A stretch of DNA of 64,000 nucleotides from Octopus vulgaris (taxonomy: Eukaryota): positions 2,914,001-2,978,000 of the forward strand of contig OX597815.1 of NCBI GenBank assembly GCA_951406725.2, read 5' to 3'. The notes beneath the pieces were generated by a model. The model was not told the origin of the DNA, did not search any database, and saw nothing but the letters and a program-made list of their open reading frames with translations. The position numbers and the translations under genes were made by a program. Of this stretch, positions 37,101-50,321 are shown piece by piece. Positions within the stretch are counted from its first letter, which is position 1. Each line of letters starts with the position of its first letter.

Positions 37101-38781
37101 AGAGTGATGATGTTCTTGAGGAAACAGTCGACAATCATGAGGACAACCTGTTTGTATGTTTCTGACGGGAACTTTGGGTTTGAGGCTGCCCGTTGATAAC
37201 TTTCAGAAATCCCTGGCCTAGTACTGCTTGCTTTTGAGGGATACTTCTAGTTTCAGGTAAATTCTTCAGGTACGGAAGTGCTGGCAGGCAAGGGTGTCCT
37301 AGATGCATGCTGAGCAGTGAAATATTACTGCATGCATTTGTGCTCTGTCCAAGTATTGCCGACTGGTGAAGTTACGTCAAACAGCTGCTGTTATCATCAT
37401 CATTTAACGTCCGTTTTCCATGCTAGCATGGGTTGGACAGTTCGACCAGGGTCTGGGAAGCCAAGAGGCTGCACCAGGCTCCAGTCTGATCTGGCAGTGT
37501 TTCTACAGCTGGATGCCCTTCCTAACGCCAACCACTCCGTGAGTGTAGTGGGTGCATTTTACGTGCCACCAGCACAGATGCCAGGGGAGGCTGGCAGTGG
37601 TCACGATCGGTTGGTGCTTTTTACGTGCCACCAGCACAGGTGCAGCTGTCAGCCGAGTCTGTTGTGAGGATTACCCCACTGCCCACCTTTAACGAGATGG
37701 GGCAGGTAGTGTTCCTATGTCTAGTGGCTATGGCAAAAGAGGTTGTGTGGTGGATGAGGCTAGAAAGATTGAAGACTGACCCTCCTTTTTTAAGTTTCAC
37801 TTGCAAAAGAAAGTGAGGGGGTGAGGGAGGTGCTTTTCTCCAGAGAATCTGTCAAAAGATGAGTAACTGGCAGAAATGGTTAAGGTGAAAGGAACTACTC
37901 TAAGCATGCACCTGTAGATTGGAGAACATCACTTGGGTGAGGGCTTGTGCCCTTAATAGGTCTCATAGATTTTGAATCTATGAGGTTCCTTGATTTGCTC
38001 TAATTAGAAGTTCTGCATCAGGAGGACTGCATCATCCGTGTGTTCCCTTTTTTTTTATATACTTTTTTACCTCATTGCCCCCCTCTTCTCTTTTTTCTTA
38101 CCCTCATCTTTTTATGTAATCATTCCCTGACAAAATATAAATTGTCCTTGTAATGTCTCCTTATCTGAAGCCCCTGCAGCAAATATTATTATTATCATTA
38201 TGTTTAGCGGTTGACTTTGCCTTCCATCCTTTCGGGGTCAATAAAATAAGAACCAGTTGAATATTGGGGTTGATGTAATCAACTCATTCCCCCACCTCCC
38301 GCAAGCTGCCCTTATAGCAAAATTTTGAAATAATAATAATAATAATGATTATTATTAAGATGGCAAGCTGACAGAATCCTTAGCATGCCAGGCAAAATAC
38401 CTAGTGGTATTTCGTCTGTCCTTATGTTCTGAGGTCAAATCCCACCGGGGTCAACTTTACCTTTCATCCTTTCACAGTTGATAAATTAAGGACCAGTTGA
38501 ACACTGGGGTTGATGCAATCAACTCGGACCCCCGGACCCCAAAATTTTCAGCCTTCTGCTGCCTATAATAGAAAGGATTATAATTAAGGCAACAAGCTGG
38601 CAGAACCATTAGCATGCATTGACCAAATGCTTAGCTTTACATTCTGGGTTCAATTTCTGATGAAGTCAGCTTTATCTTTCATCCTTTTGGGGTTGATGCA
38701 ATCAACTTTCCTTGTCCCTTTAAATTATGCCTGATTATGAAACCAGTATTAAATTTCTTTTTTCTTCCCTTTGGTGTTTAG

Positions 38782-39053
38782 GTTGTGGAAAAACAGCTTC
38801 TGGATAGTCTTGCATCACGCCTTAAAGATGGAACACTGAAATCTTCAGAAGTCTCATTGACTTTCGTTCGAAACTTAGAAGTTCTGAACTCAGCTGCAAG
38901 TGCTGTTAATCTCCCTGTTGTGATCAGTGACGACACATATCATCCCCGGTACTTCAATGCCAAAAAGTATTGGGACAACCTCCACTCTGCTGTGCTGGGC
39001 AATGCTATATTTTTTGTTGAGGTCGTTCCTTCGACCATGCCATTGCTTAATCA
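38782..39053 (+). CDS. HLCS: HLCS coding exon 6 (...FNAKKYWDNLHSAVLGNAIFFVEVVPSTMPLLN)
   Basis: ggtgtttag acceptor, CA|gtaagt donor (phase 2). F...Y...L....LG....F.EV..STM is the start of the BPL catalytic domain. Confidence 0.93.
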
Positions 39054-40449
39054 GTAAGTATGACCACACTTTATGTCTAACGAGAGAGAGATTCTCAGAA
39101 GGTTTATTTTGGTGCATTTGGGATGGAGAGCATTAAACTTGTTTTAGACATGTACATCATCATCATAATTTAGCATCTGTTTTCCGTGCTGGCATGGGTT
39201 AGACAGTTTGACTGGAACTGGTGAGCCAGAGGGCAGCATCAGGCTCCATTTATCTGTTTTTGCTTGGGTTCTACACCTGGGTACCCTCCCTAATGCCAAC
39301 CACTCCATAGAATGTACCAGGTGCCTGTATCATATATAATGTTATATCTATTGCATCATCATCATCATCATCATCACGCATCTGTTTTCCCTGCTGGCAT
39401 GGGTTGGACGGTTGGACAGGAACTGGCATGGTCAGGGCCCACACCAGGCTCCACTTGTCTGTTTTGGTATGGTTTCTAACGTTGGATACCCTTCCTAGTG
39501 TGCTGGGTGCATTTTACATGGAACTGGCACAAGTGTCTTTTACATGGTTCCAGCATGAAACTAACGCAACGTCACGGTCATTCAACATCTGTGTCCCATG
39601 CCAGCATCGGTCGGACAGTTTGACAGGAGCTGGTAAGGCCAGGCGCTGCACCAGGTCCCAGTTCTTTTGCTTGGTTTCTACGGCTGGGTACCCTTCCTAA
39701 TGCCAACCACTCCACAGAGTGTACCAGGTACCTTTAACGTATCACTGATGCTCGCCATGACTACGATTTCATTAAGCTTAACATGTCTTCTCAAGCACAG
39801 ATAATCACCAACAGTCTTCTTGCTCACTTTTCATCACTTCTGTGAGATTCAACTTCTTAAGATCATATTTCACCACCTCATCTTAATCCTAATCCATTTT
39901 CTCTCTGTCTCTCCATCCCACCCTTTTTTCCCTCTCATCCCTTTCTGTTGAAGAGCACAGGCTCAAACCGTTCAAAGACTTTTCCATTCTTTTTAAGCAT
40001 AAAACTAATACACCTGCTCTTCTTCTTCTTCCATCACCTGCCTGTCTTTTCTTTTCTGACGATACTGGTTTGACTCTGCATCTCTTTAACAACTGATGAG
40101 ACCTATTGAGTCAAGAACATCAACATCAAAATAAATATCAAATGGAAATTGTAGATGTGATACCTGTGCTGGTGGCACGTAAAAAAGCACCATCCGAACA
40201 TGGCCGATGCCAGTACCGCCTGACTGGCCCTTGTGCCAGTGGCATGTAAAAGCACCCACTACACTCTCGGAGTGGTTGGCATTAGGAAGGGCATCCAGCT
40301 GTAGAAACATTGCCAGATCAGATTGGAGACTGGTGCAGCCTCTTGGCTCACCAACCCTTACTGAAACCGTCCAACCCATGCCAGCATGGAAAGGGGACGT
40401 TAAACGATGATGATGATGGTGTGTGTGTATATATATATATACATATATA

Positions 40450-40940
40450 TCTTTATATATAAAAGTGAGCTTGTGTGCTGTCTGTCTCCTACGATTTAGA
40501 TTCCTAACTACTCCCACATTTTGCGGTGCATTTTAACCAAAACCGGGTATCTTATAGTCGTGATTCATATCGAGCCCTTCTGGGTATTAGCGCGCGTCTA
40601 CGATGAGTCTACGATTTAAAAAAAAATTTACCATCAATTTTTCCCGTTTTTAATGCATTTTTGGCATATATAAGGGAAGTAACTCTCTAAAAATATCTAC
40701 GATGAGTGAACGATTTAAAAAAAAATTTACCATCAATTTTTCCCATTTTTAATGCATTTTTGGCATATATAAGGGAAGTAACTCTCTAAAAATTTATTAT
40801 TAAATCTCAACGTAAAAAGCTACAGTAACCCCCCCTTTGTGGTTAGCCATATTGAGATGGCTATTATACTTTACATCTCTAAAAATGCTTATATAGTTAT
40901 TTCCCTTACAAACCCGAGCAACGCCGGGCGATACTGCTAG
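40450..40940 (+). mobile_element. Non-autonomous Helitron
   Basis: A|TC 5' end, CTAG|T 3' end, subterminal hairpin CCCGAGCAACGCCGGG, internal tandem duplication. Confidence 0.85.
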
Positions 40941-41164
40941 TAAATGATAGAAAACACGTACTTTACATAATAAATGATTTCAAAATGTCTCTAGTTTGTG
41001 TTTGTTACAACATTTATTACAACTTAGATGACTTGGTGCCAGTACAGATTGACCGGTCTTGGCTCCGGTTATGCAGAGACTCTAACAAGCATTTGGAGTA
41101 GTTTGTTATATTTGATTTGAGCCAAAACTTCCAGAAGCATGCATCACTTCTTGGCGTAACATGA

Positions 41165-41382
41165 AATACACACACACACGCATGCACACACACACATACA
41201 CGCACATGCACACCTGCACACATACACGCACATGCACACACACACACTGGCACACGCGCACACACACGCACACACACACACCTGCACACACACACACCTG
41301 CACACACACACACATGCACACACACACACACATGCACACACACACACGCACACCTGCACACATGCACACACACACACACACG
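41165..41382. repeat. Imperfect (CA)n microsatellite
   Basis: Seen directly; followed by SINE A at 41410-41640. Confidence 0.9.
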
Positions 41383-41707
41383 CTATCGATTGTATGTACA
41401 TGTACGCAAGGCGGCGAGCTGGCAGAAGCGTTAGTACACCGGGTGAAATGCGTAGCCGTATTTCGTCTGCTGTTATGTTCTGAGTTCAAATTCTGCCGAG
41501 GTCGACTTTGCCTTTCATCATTTCGGGGTCGATAAATTAAGTACCAGTTATGCACTGGGGTCAATATAATCAACTTAATCCGTTTGTCTGTCCTTGTTTG
41601 TCCCCTCTGCGTTTAGCCCCTTGTGGGTAGTAAAGAAACAGGTATGTACATGTACACACCCACTCTCTCTCTCTCTCTCTCTATAATATATTTATGTTCT
41701 TTTCCAG

Positions 41708-41775
41708 GATGTTAATATCTGTGCCAAAATCAGTTGGGATGATTGCAATAGCTGGAAGACAAACGACGGGCAAAG
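41708..41775 (+). CDS. HLCS: HLCS coding exon 7 (MLISVPKSVGMIAIAGRQTTGK)
   Basis: tttccag acceptor, AAAG|gtcagt donor, phase 2/1. Contains the A.RQT.GKG biotin-binding motif. Confidence 0.93.
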
Positions 41776-41834
41776 GTCAGTGGTTCAAGTTTGTTCTTTT
41801 CTATCTCTTTTTCCTTTCTCTAACCTACTTTCTT

Positions 41835-42340
41835 AATAATAATAATAATAATGAAATTATTGTATCAGTGCTTAGGTGCACCACAACTTGTCAAAAGTGC
41901 ATATAAAGCATATGCAGTAATGTACAAATGTCTGGGAAGTGAACAGTGTATGAGTCAGATACATGCTTGCGTGTGTATTGAGGGGAGAAAATCAGGTGTA
42001 GTGTTGGCGAATCTCAGGAAGCATGGAAGATTCGAAGGATGCAGTGCTCCGACAACTAACAACTGATGCCGGTAGTCTGTTCCATGCTTCAGCAACTCTC
42101 AGCGTGAAAAAATGTTTCCAAAAGTCATGGAAGGAGCTGTGCTGTTTTCTGACTTTGTAAACATGTCTACGGGTGTTAGACAGGTGGAGTTTGAAAAGGT
42201 GCTCAGAGTTAATGTTTGTAAGATGGTTAATAATTTTATGGGTGTCTGCCAAGTCAGCTGCCAGACGTCGGAGTTTCAATGTATCCATGCCCAGGGAAGT
42301 AAGGCGTTCGGAATAGGGCAAATGCCTGATGGAGGGTATA
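41835..42340 (-). mobile_element. CR1-type LINE 3' end; shorter copy at 46460-46730
   Basis: IPSIRHLPYSERLTSLGMDTLKLRR...HFFTLRVAEAWNRLP. Confidence 0.85.
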
Positions 42341-42635
42341 TCTGTTTGTTTCTCAAATTTTACATTAATATGCAAACCTTAAATTGTATGACATCACCTT
42401 GGGATTTCATTGTAGCAATGTTTAACCCTTTCGATAGCAATTAGACACTCAGTTCACACATGGGTGCAGGAGTGGCTGTGTGGTAAGTAGCTTGCTTCCC
42501 AACCACTTGGTTCTGGGTTCAGTCCCACTGCAGGGTACCGTGGGCAAGTGTCTTCTGCTATAGTCTTGGGCTGACCAAAGCCTTGTGAGTGGATTTGGTA
42601 GACAGAAACTGAAAGAAGCCCATCATGTGTGTATG

Positions 42636-42670
<35 letters not shown>

Positions 42671-42893
42671 ATATGTCTGTGTGCCTGTGCTTGTCCCCAC
42701 AACATCGCTTGACAACCAATGCTGGTGTGTTTACATCCCTGTAACTTAGTGGTTAGGCAAAAGTAACCGATAGAATAAGCTTACAAAGAAAAGTTCTGGG
42801 GTCGATTATCTCAACTAAAGGTGGTGCTCCAGCATGGCCACAGTCAAATAACTGAAACTAATAAAAGAGTAATTGTATTGACACATATTTTAA

Positions 42894-43358
42894 CCCTTTC
42901 GTTACCATCCTGGCTGAAACCGGCACTGGCTCTGAGTACAAATGTCTTGTTTTCATAAGTTTTTAATTAAAATCTTCCACCAATCTTTAGTCACAATTTG
43001 TGTTCCTAACACTAGCTGAATGATAACTAAGTTATTCTACTAAATTCTTTGTTATATTTAAAATTAATTGAAAGAAACACAGAGCATCTCAACAAAAATA
43101 TGGTAACAAAAGGGTTAAAATATATAACAGAGAATTCTTAACCCTTTCATTACCATCCTGGCTGAAACCATCTCTGGTTCTGTAATAGAAATGTCTTGTT
43201 TTTTTAAAGTTCTGAATTAAAATCTTCCACCAAACCTTAGTTACAATTTATGTTCCTAACACCAGCTTAACTAAGTTATTTTACTAAATTCTTTATTATA
43301 TTTGAAGCAATTGAAAGAAAACACAGAACATCTCAATAGAAATACGGCAACAAAAGGG
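42894..43358. mobile_element. Two adjacent piggyBac-type MITEs (42894-43114, 43142-43358)
   Basis: Each has TTAA|CCCTTT...AAAGGG|TTAA and the same body as 34810-35031. Confidence 0.85.
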
Positions 43359-43737
43359 TTAAGTAAATGATTGCTGCACATTCTCTGTATTGTGCAGTTA
43401 TCTAGCATTGGGATGGGTGGAAGCTGACGGAATGCAGGGGTGGTTTAGCTGTTAAGTTTGCTTCTGGCTGTGTGGTGAAGAAGTTTGCTTACCAAACCCA
43501 TGGTTTCAGGTTCAGTCTCACTGCATGAAATCTCGGATGAGTGCCATCTCTTATAGTTGCAGGACGACCAAGATCTCGTTGAGTCGATTTGGGAGAAAGA
43601 ATGTGAAAGACATTCATTGTTTATGTTTCTTCTGTGTTTGTCTCTTTGTCTTAGCACCAAGCGAGACTTGGAAGCGATTGTCATCGTCATTGAAACTCTG
43701 ACACTTCAATCTTCTGATCTTGATAAAAGTCGTTATA

Positions 43738-44128
43738 TCAATATATATAAAGCTGAAGTTGTCTGTGTATGGCAGGTTTGGTAGCCTTCAACAAACACTA
43801 TCTCCTCAGAGACCCTGCGGCGCAAGTTGACCAAAATTGAGAGTATGATAGAAGAAGGATTGCTCTTCCTTCCGTAGAAGAAAAATTTCAAATTGGACCA
43901 TGTTAACATCAAAAATTATTTGCATCAAAAAGGTGCTTTTTTTTCTATGAAAATCCCTATTTTTTACGATTTTTTGACTGCTGTGTCACCATTTTTCGGT
44001 GTATTTCAACCAGAAAAATGTTCACTTAAAGAGAATAACAAGCTACATAATGCAAAATTTTTACTTTTCAAAAATTCCAATTCTAAAGGGACGAAACAAA
44101 CCCGAGCAACGCCGGGCAATACTGCTAG
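43738..44128 (+). mobile_element. Non-autonomous Helitron, second subfamily
   Basis: A|TC...CCCGAGCAACGCCGGGCAATACTGCTAG|T: same 3' end as 40450-40940 with a different body. Confidence 0.8.
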
Positions 44129-45723
44129 TTTGTTTTATAAAAACAAATAAATGCCGTTCCTTGCTGCACTAAGTTCTTCTTTTCCTCTATTTGAATTTCT
44201 GAGAAGTGTTATCTTTACAATATAAACGCTAAGATTGGTGTGCAAGAGTTGCCTCCCTTGTTTAACAATCTGTCAAATTCCTGTTTTGGACTCGGAGGAG
44301 AAAAGTTGAATTGCTTGGTTGGCAGGGAAGTAGAAATAGCCATAGAGGCGCGGGAGAGGATGTGTGGTAAGACGCTTGCTTCCCAACCTAATGGTTCCAG
44401 GTTCATTCCCACTGCGTGGCACCTTGGGCAAGTGTCTTCTACTATAGCCTCGGGCCAACCAAAGTCTTGTGAGTGGATTTGGTAGACAGAAACTGAAAGA
44501 AGCCCGTCGTATATATATATATATATGTGTGTGTGTGTAGTTTGTGTGTAGTTTGTGTTTGTCCACCCAACATCGCTTGACAACCGATGCTGGTGTGTTT
44601 ACGTCCCTGTAAGTTAGTAGTTCGGCAAAAGAGACCGATAGAATAAGTACTAGGCTTACAAAGAATAAGTCCTGGGGTCGATTTGCTCGACTAAAGGTGG
44701 TGCTCCAGCATGGCCTCAGTCAAGTGACTGAAACGAGTAAAAGAGTAATCACTCGTTCTGGTGTTCTACCGTTTCTGCTCGCTCTCTATAGTCCACCCCT
44801 GCAATCTTGTTCTCTTTGCACATTTTTGCTAAACTGTTCCCACTTCTGACAAACACATTTTTTCAGACGCCAACACCATCTGACCGTCTGTGTCGGTGAC
44901 ACGTAAAAGCACCAACCGATCGTGTCCATTTGCCAGCCTGCTCTGGCCCCTGTGCCAGTGGTACATAAAAAAAACACCCACTACACTCACGGAGTGGTTG
45001 GCGTTAGGAAGGGCATCCAGCTGTAGAAACACTGCCAAATCAGACTAGAGCCTGGTGCAGCCTCCATGGCTTACCAGACCCCAGTCGAACCGTCCAACCC
45101 ATGCTAGCATGGAAAACGGACGTTAAATGATGATGATGATGATGAGGGCAGTCTTGTACTTGCATTTCCCGAGTGTTGGGGTTTATCTTGAATCTCAAAG
45201 CTCTTCAGTGAGGTTTTGAGGGTCTCCTTCAAATGCTTTTCCTGTTCACCTTGCCCCTTGCCATTTCACTGTAAATACAATCCCATGGGAAGTTGTGTGT
45301 TTGGCATTCAAACAAGGTGGACTTGTCCACCTGCCCTGCACTCTCTTCATACATTGTGTATGATACACATCTCTTACTCAGCTATTTTAAGTTATCATTA
45401 TCCCCATGATAGATCGTTAGCCACTACTCACATTTTTTTCTCTCCTTGTTTTTCTCCTTGTTTTTTCTGTGTCCCTTTCTGTAGAAGAGCGTAGGCTCGA
45501 AATGTAAAAGACTTTTTCCATTCCTGAGCATTATACTAATACATCTGTTCGTTTTGTACACCACCTGTCTTTGTCTTTTGTTTTTTTTTCGTAAACCCTC
45601 CCTATTTTAAGTTAACACTGTTTCAATTGAGTTTTACCAGATTTTCCTAAAATGACATTATTAAAGTGTTTAATTGCCGCGATTTAACATTACTTTTTGC
45701 TATATTTTACCCCTATTGTATAG

Positions 45724-45884
45724 GCCGTGGTGGTAACCAGTGGTTGAGTCCCGTTGGCTGCGCTATGTTCACTCTTCACGTTCAGCTTGATCGTAGTTCA
45801 CTACTTGGCAGCAATCCTGTCTTCCTGCAGCATATTGTCACCGTTTCTGTGGTCCGCAGTGTGAGGACTCTGCCAGGATACGAG
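45724..45884 (+). CDS. HLCS: HLCS coding exon 8 (GRGGNQWLSPVGCAMFTL...FLQHIVTVSVVRSVRTLPGYE)
   Basis: GRGGNxWLSP biotin-protein ligase signature; tgtatag acceptor, GAG|gtttgt donor. Confidence 0.96.
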
Positions 45885-47659
45885 GTTTGTTTCCAACGAA
45901 ACTTTGTTGATTTTGCTCTTTTTTTTTTTTTTGTATTAAGTGTTTTATTTACTTGGCTTTCAGGTGTATAATAATAATAATAATAATAATAAAAGATGGG
46001 CTACAGCAAATATTCTGCTCAATACCACAGATTTGCTTGTCAGTTGTTTGACCTTAACCAGTTGAGCATGTCCCTTAGTGGCTGACGATATGTGCATCTC
46101 TGACCACGAGCAGAAGTAGTGGGGGAGCATCATAGCCATGTGTTGAGAGGGATTCTTTGGAGTTTGGATAATTCACCTCTGGAGACATGGGTGGGTTTTT
46201 CAACATCCTTAAACAACCCTTATTCAGGGACCGTTTGAGCGGGATGGGCTACTCAACCTGAAGAAAATTCTAACTGGGCCCCACCTGCAAGGTCATGTGC
46301 TGTTTATCTTGATATGAGATCACCATGTCGCGCACATATGGTTGTGATGCATATGCCTGGTGTACCCTTATCAGGCGGGTAGTCATGATGGGTATATTGG
46401 GCTTCGTATATTTTACCCCAGTGTCACTTTGATGGCATGAACTGCTCTCTCACTCAATAATAATAATAATGAAATTGTTGTAGACAGTGCTCAGGTGGAC
46501 CACAACTTGTCAAAAAGTGCGTATAAAGCATATGCAGTAATGTACAAATGTCTGGGAAGCGAACAGTGTATGAGTCAGATACATGCTTGCTTGTGTGTAT
46601 GGAGGGGAGAGAAAATCAGGTGTAGTGTTGGCGAATCTCAGGAAGCATGGAAGTTTTGAAGGATGCAGTGCTCGGACAACTAACAACTGATGCCGGCAGT
46701 TTGTTCCATGCTTCAGCAACTCTTAGCGTATATTCAGGTGTGTACAGGAATCCCTCGCCATATCGCGGTTCCCCCATCGCAGTTTATTAATCAAGCTAAC
46801 GTTGATTCCTCCGTGCTGTTTTTTTGCATTTATAATAAAAGAAATATATACAAATTATACCAGTAATAAAGAAGTGGCTGTGTGGTAAGTAGCTTGCTTA
46901 CCAAACACATGGTTCTGGGTTCAGTCCCACTGCGTGGCATCTTGGGCAAGTGTCTTCTACTATAGCCCAGGGTCAACCAAAGCCTTGTGAGTGGATTTGG
47001 TAGACAGAAACTGAAAGAAGTCCATCGTATATATATATATATATATTTATGTGTGTGTGTGTGTTTGTGTATCTGTCTTTGTCCCACCAACATCGCTTGA
47101 CAACCGATGCTGGTGTGCTTACGTCCCTGTAAGTTAGCAGTTCAGCAAAAGTGACCAATAGGATAAGTACTAGGCCTACAAAGAATAAGCCCTGGGGTCG
47201 ATTTGCTCGACTAAAGGCAGTGCTCCAGCATGGCCACAATCAAGTGACAAATGAATAAAAGTACTGTTTCTACATTATGAGTTTTCACCTATTGCAGGGG
47301 TGGGGGCTGGGGGCTGGAATGTAACATCCGCGATTGTTGAGGGATTACTGTACAGTGACACGGCTGTGGAATCTAGTTGGGGGCTGTGCGTTTTTAGGGA
47401 TACAAAAGCATCCATGTTAGAGAATAACACACATCATGCGAAGCTGCAAAATGTTCCAGGACTCTGTATATTATGCTGGATTGAGTTGGACAGTTTGACT
47501 GCGGACTGGTGAGCCATGGAGGCTGTACCAGGCTCCAGTCTTGATTTGGTAAGGTTTCTACAGCTGGATGCCCTTCCTAATGCCAACCACTCTGAGAGTG
47601 TAGTGGGTGGTTTTTACATGCCACTGGCACGGGAGCCAGTCAGGCGGGTCTCTTTTTAC

Positions 47660-47900
47660 ACACATGCATGCTCATAGACTCATGCATGCATACTCACACA
47701 CACACACAAACACACAGACACCCAGACACACACACACACATACACTCAGACACACACACATACACTCAGACACACACACTTAGACACACACATGCACTCA
47801 GTCACACACACATACACTCTCACACACGGACACACACACACTCACATACACACGGATACACACACACACTCACATACAATAGCGCACACACTCTCTCCTC
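47660..47900. repeat. Imperfect (CA)n microsatellite
   Basis: Seen directly. Confidence 0.9.
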
Positions 47901-50321
47901 CACATACCCCCCCCACATGCACAAGATGCATGAAGAGATGGAAGCTAGCGTTGTTAATTTGTGCTGATGCGAAAAACATGGAGGAGGAAAACACTTGAGT
48001 TGCTGCTGCAGTTGTAAGTGATGGAGGTGGGGAGAGAGTGGGAGTGGTGGCTGTGCGGATGACCATGATGGTGGTGGTGGTGGTGGTGGTGGAGATGCAG
48101 TTGTGGATGGTAATCGTTGAGAACTTAAAACACACACACACACACACACGCGCACTCTCTCTCTCTCTCTCGTGTGCAAACATTCACCAATAATTCGTTT
48201 ATATCCCGATTTTTAATTTGCATTTTCTCACCATATTTGCTCATGTTAGACATAATTATCGGCTGTTTTTTTGAATTGCCAAACTGGTTCCTAGTAAATA
48301 TTCACAACAGAATCACCTTTAAAAGACTTCCAAAGGCTTGCATGAGAAATTACATGTTAGAATTATTAATGGCAATCATAAAATTTTCCCTCCACTCCCC
48401 CCTCCCTTCTTGGAATACGAAATGGTGGTGGTGGTGGTGGTGGTGGTGGGGAAATGGTATTTAAAGCATGAGCAGTTTCCATTTTAAAATAAATAGTACT
48501 ACAGAATATATATTAAATACAGTGTCTATATAGCATTTCTACACACATGCACATGCATATACGTTTGTTTATATATATATATATATTTTATATACATTTG
48601 CTGCTTTCTTCCAAGGAATCTAGTGCTCTTAGCTTAGTTTTTCCTTGGGACTGACCAGATTGGAGCAATCTCGTGTGTAACCAGCTGAAATTGCAAAAGA
48701 TAATCTGGAACTTGACTGAGGAAAGAAAACTCCGAATGACCCGTCCCTGTTTCTTCTCATCCCTTTTTTGCATCATCTGTCTGGATGTTTTGCGTTCTTG
48801 TCCCATTTTTTGTATTCCTTTATATATGTATGTATATATACGTCCAGTGCCGGTGGTACATAAAAAGCACCATCCGAACGTGGCCAATGCCAGCGCCACC
48901 TTGACTGGTTTCTGTGCTAGTGGCACATAAAAAGCACCAACCGATCATGGCTGTTCCAGCTTCCCCTGGCACCTGTGCCAGTAACACATAAAAAGCACTC
49001 ACTACACTCTTGGAGTGGTTGGCGTTAGGAAGGGCATCCAGCTGTAGAAACACTGCCAGATCAGACTGGAGTCTGGTTCGCCAGACCTCAGTCAAATCGT
49101 CCAACCCATGCTAGCATGGAAAATGGACGTTAAACGATGCTGATGATATATATATAATATAAGATAGATAGATATACACACACACATGATGAAACTCATA
49201 TATTTGTGTGCTTGAATGTGTATGTATACACACATATCATTGTCATTGTTTAACCTCTGTCTTCTGTGCTGGCATGGGTTGGACAATCCAACAGGATCTG
49301 CCTCAGCCAGGAATCTTCATTGAGCAGCAGTGTCTGCTTTGGCTTGGCACATTTTGCATGGCACCTGCACTGCTGCGGTCACTGAGTGGTGACCCACGAG
49401 ACAAGACCTTGTAAGAGAGGGTGGGAGTCTAGCATCAAGGAAGGTGGCTCGATGCCAGATGTTGAGAGGTTGAAGTATGATGGTGGGGCAGGAAGGAATG
49501 CCTTGCTTTAGAGAAGATACATGGTTTCCCTAGCTAAAAGGGATGGTGGCAATGAGGCACTGGGGCTTAACCCTGAACAGACAAGGAGGAGGAGAGAAGG
49601 AGTAGCTGAGGAAGGGAGAATGTGAAAGGGGTTTGAAAGATGGATAGAGATGAAGACAGAGGGGACTGGGTGGAGGACTAAGTGGTCAATGGGGTGGGAG
49701 GAGTGAAGGACATGGGGGAGGGACAGGGAAGACGCATTGCCTTGAGGAAATTTAGTTGAATAAATTGACCCCAGTACTTACTTTTTGTTTTTAAATCTTT
49801 GTACTTATTTTTTGGGCCACTTTTGTATTACCACTAAGTTATAGGGATGTAAACAAACCAACACTTGTTGTCAAACATTGGTATCACACACACACACTCA
49901 CTTACATATGACAGGCTTCTTCCAGTTTCTGTTTGCCAAAATCCTCTCACAAGGCTCTGGTTGGCTTGAAGCTACAGTAGAAGCCACTTGCCCAAGGTAC
50001 CACACAGTAGGATTGAACCTGGAACCATGTGGTTAGAAAGCAGAGCAAAATCATCATCAGGACTCAAATGTGATTTGTCATCCACCTTCTCTGCAGCAAG
50101 AAATTTGTTTTGATGTGGCCCCTTCTCTCATACTTCGGCTTCTATCTCCTAGCAGCAGAAGGTCATCCTCGTGGGGCTCATAGTCTTGCAAACTCTGTGG
50201 TAGCCTCACTCATGCCACTGGCACAAAGTGCACACTGATTCATGATGCGGTCCTTGAATCCACCAGGTGCTGTTTAACTGTCCAGCCCACACCATTGGCG
50301 AACATGGACATTACGCAACAA

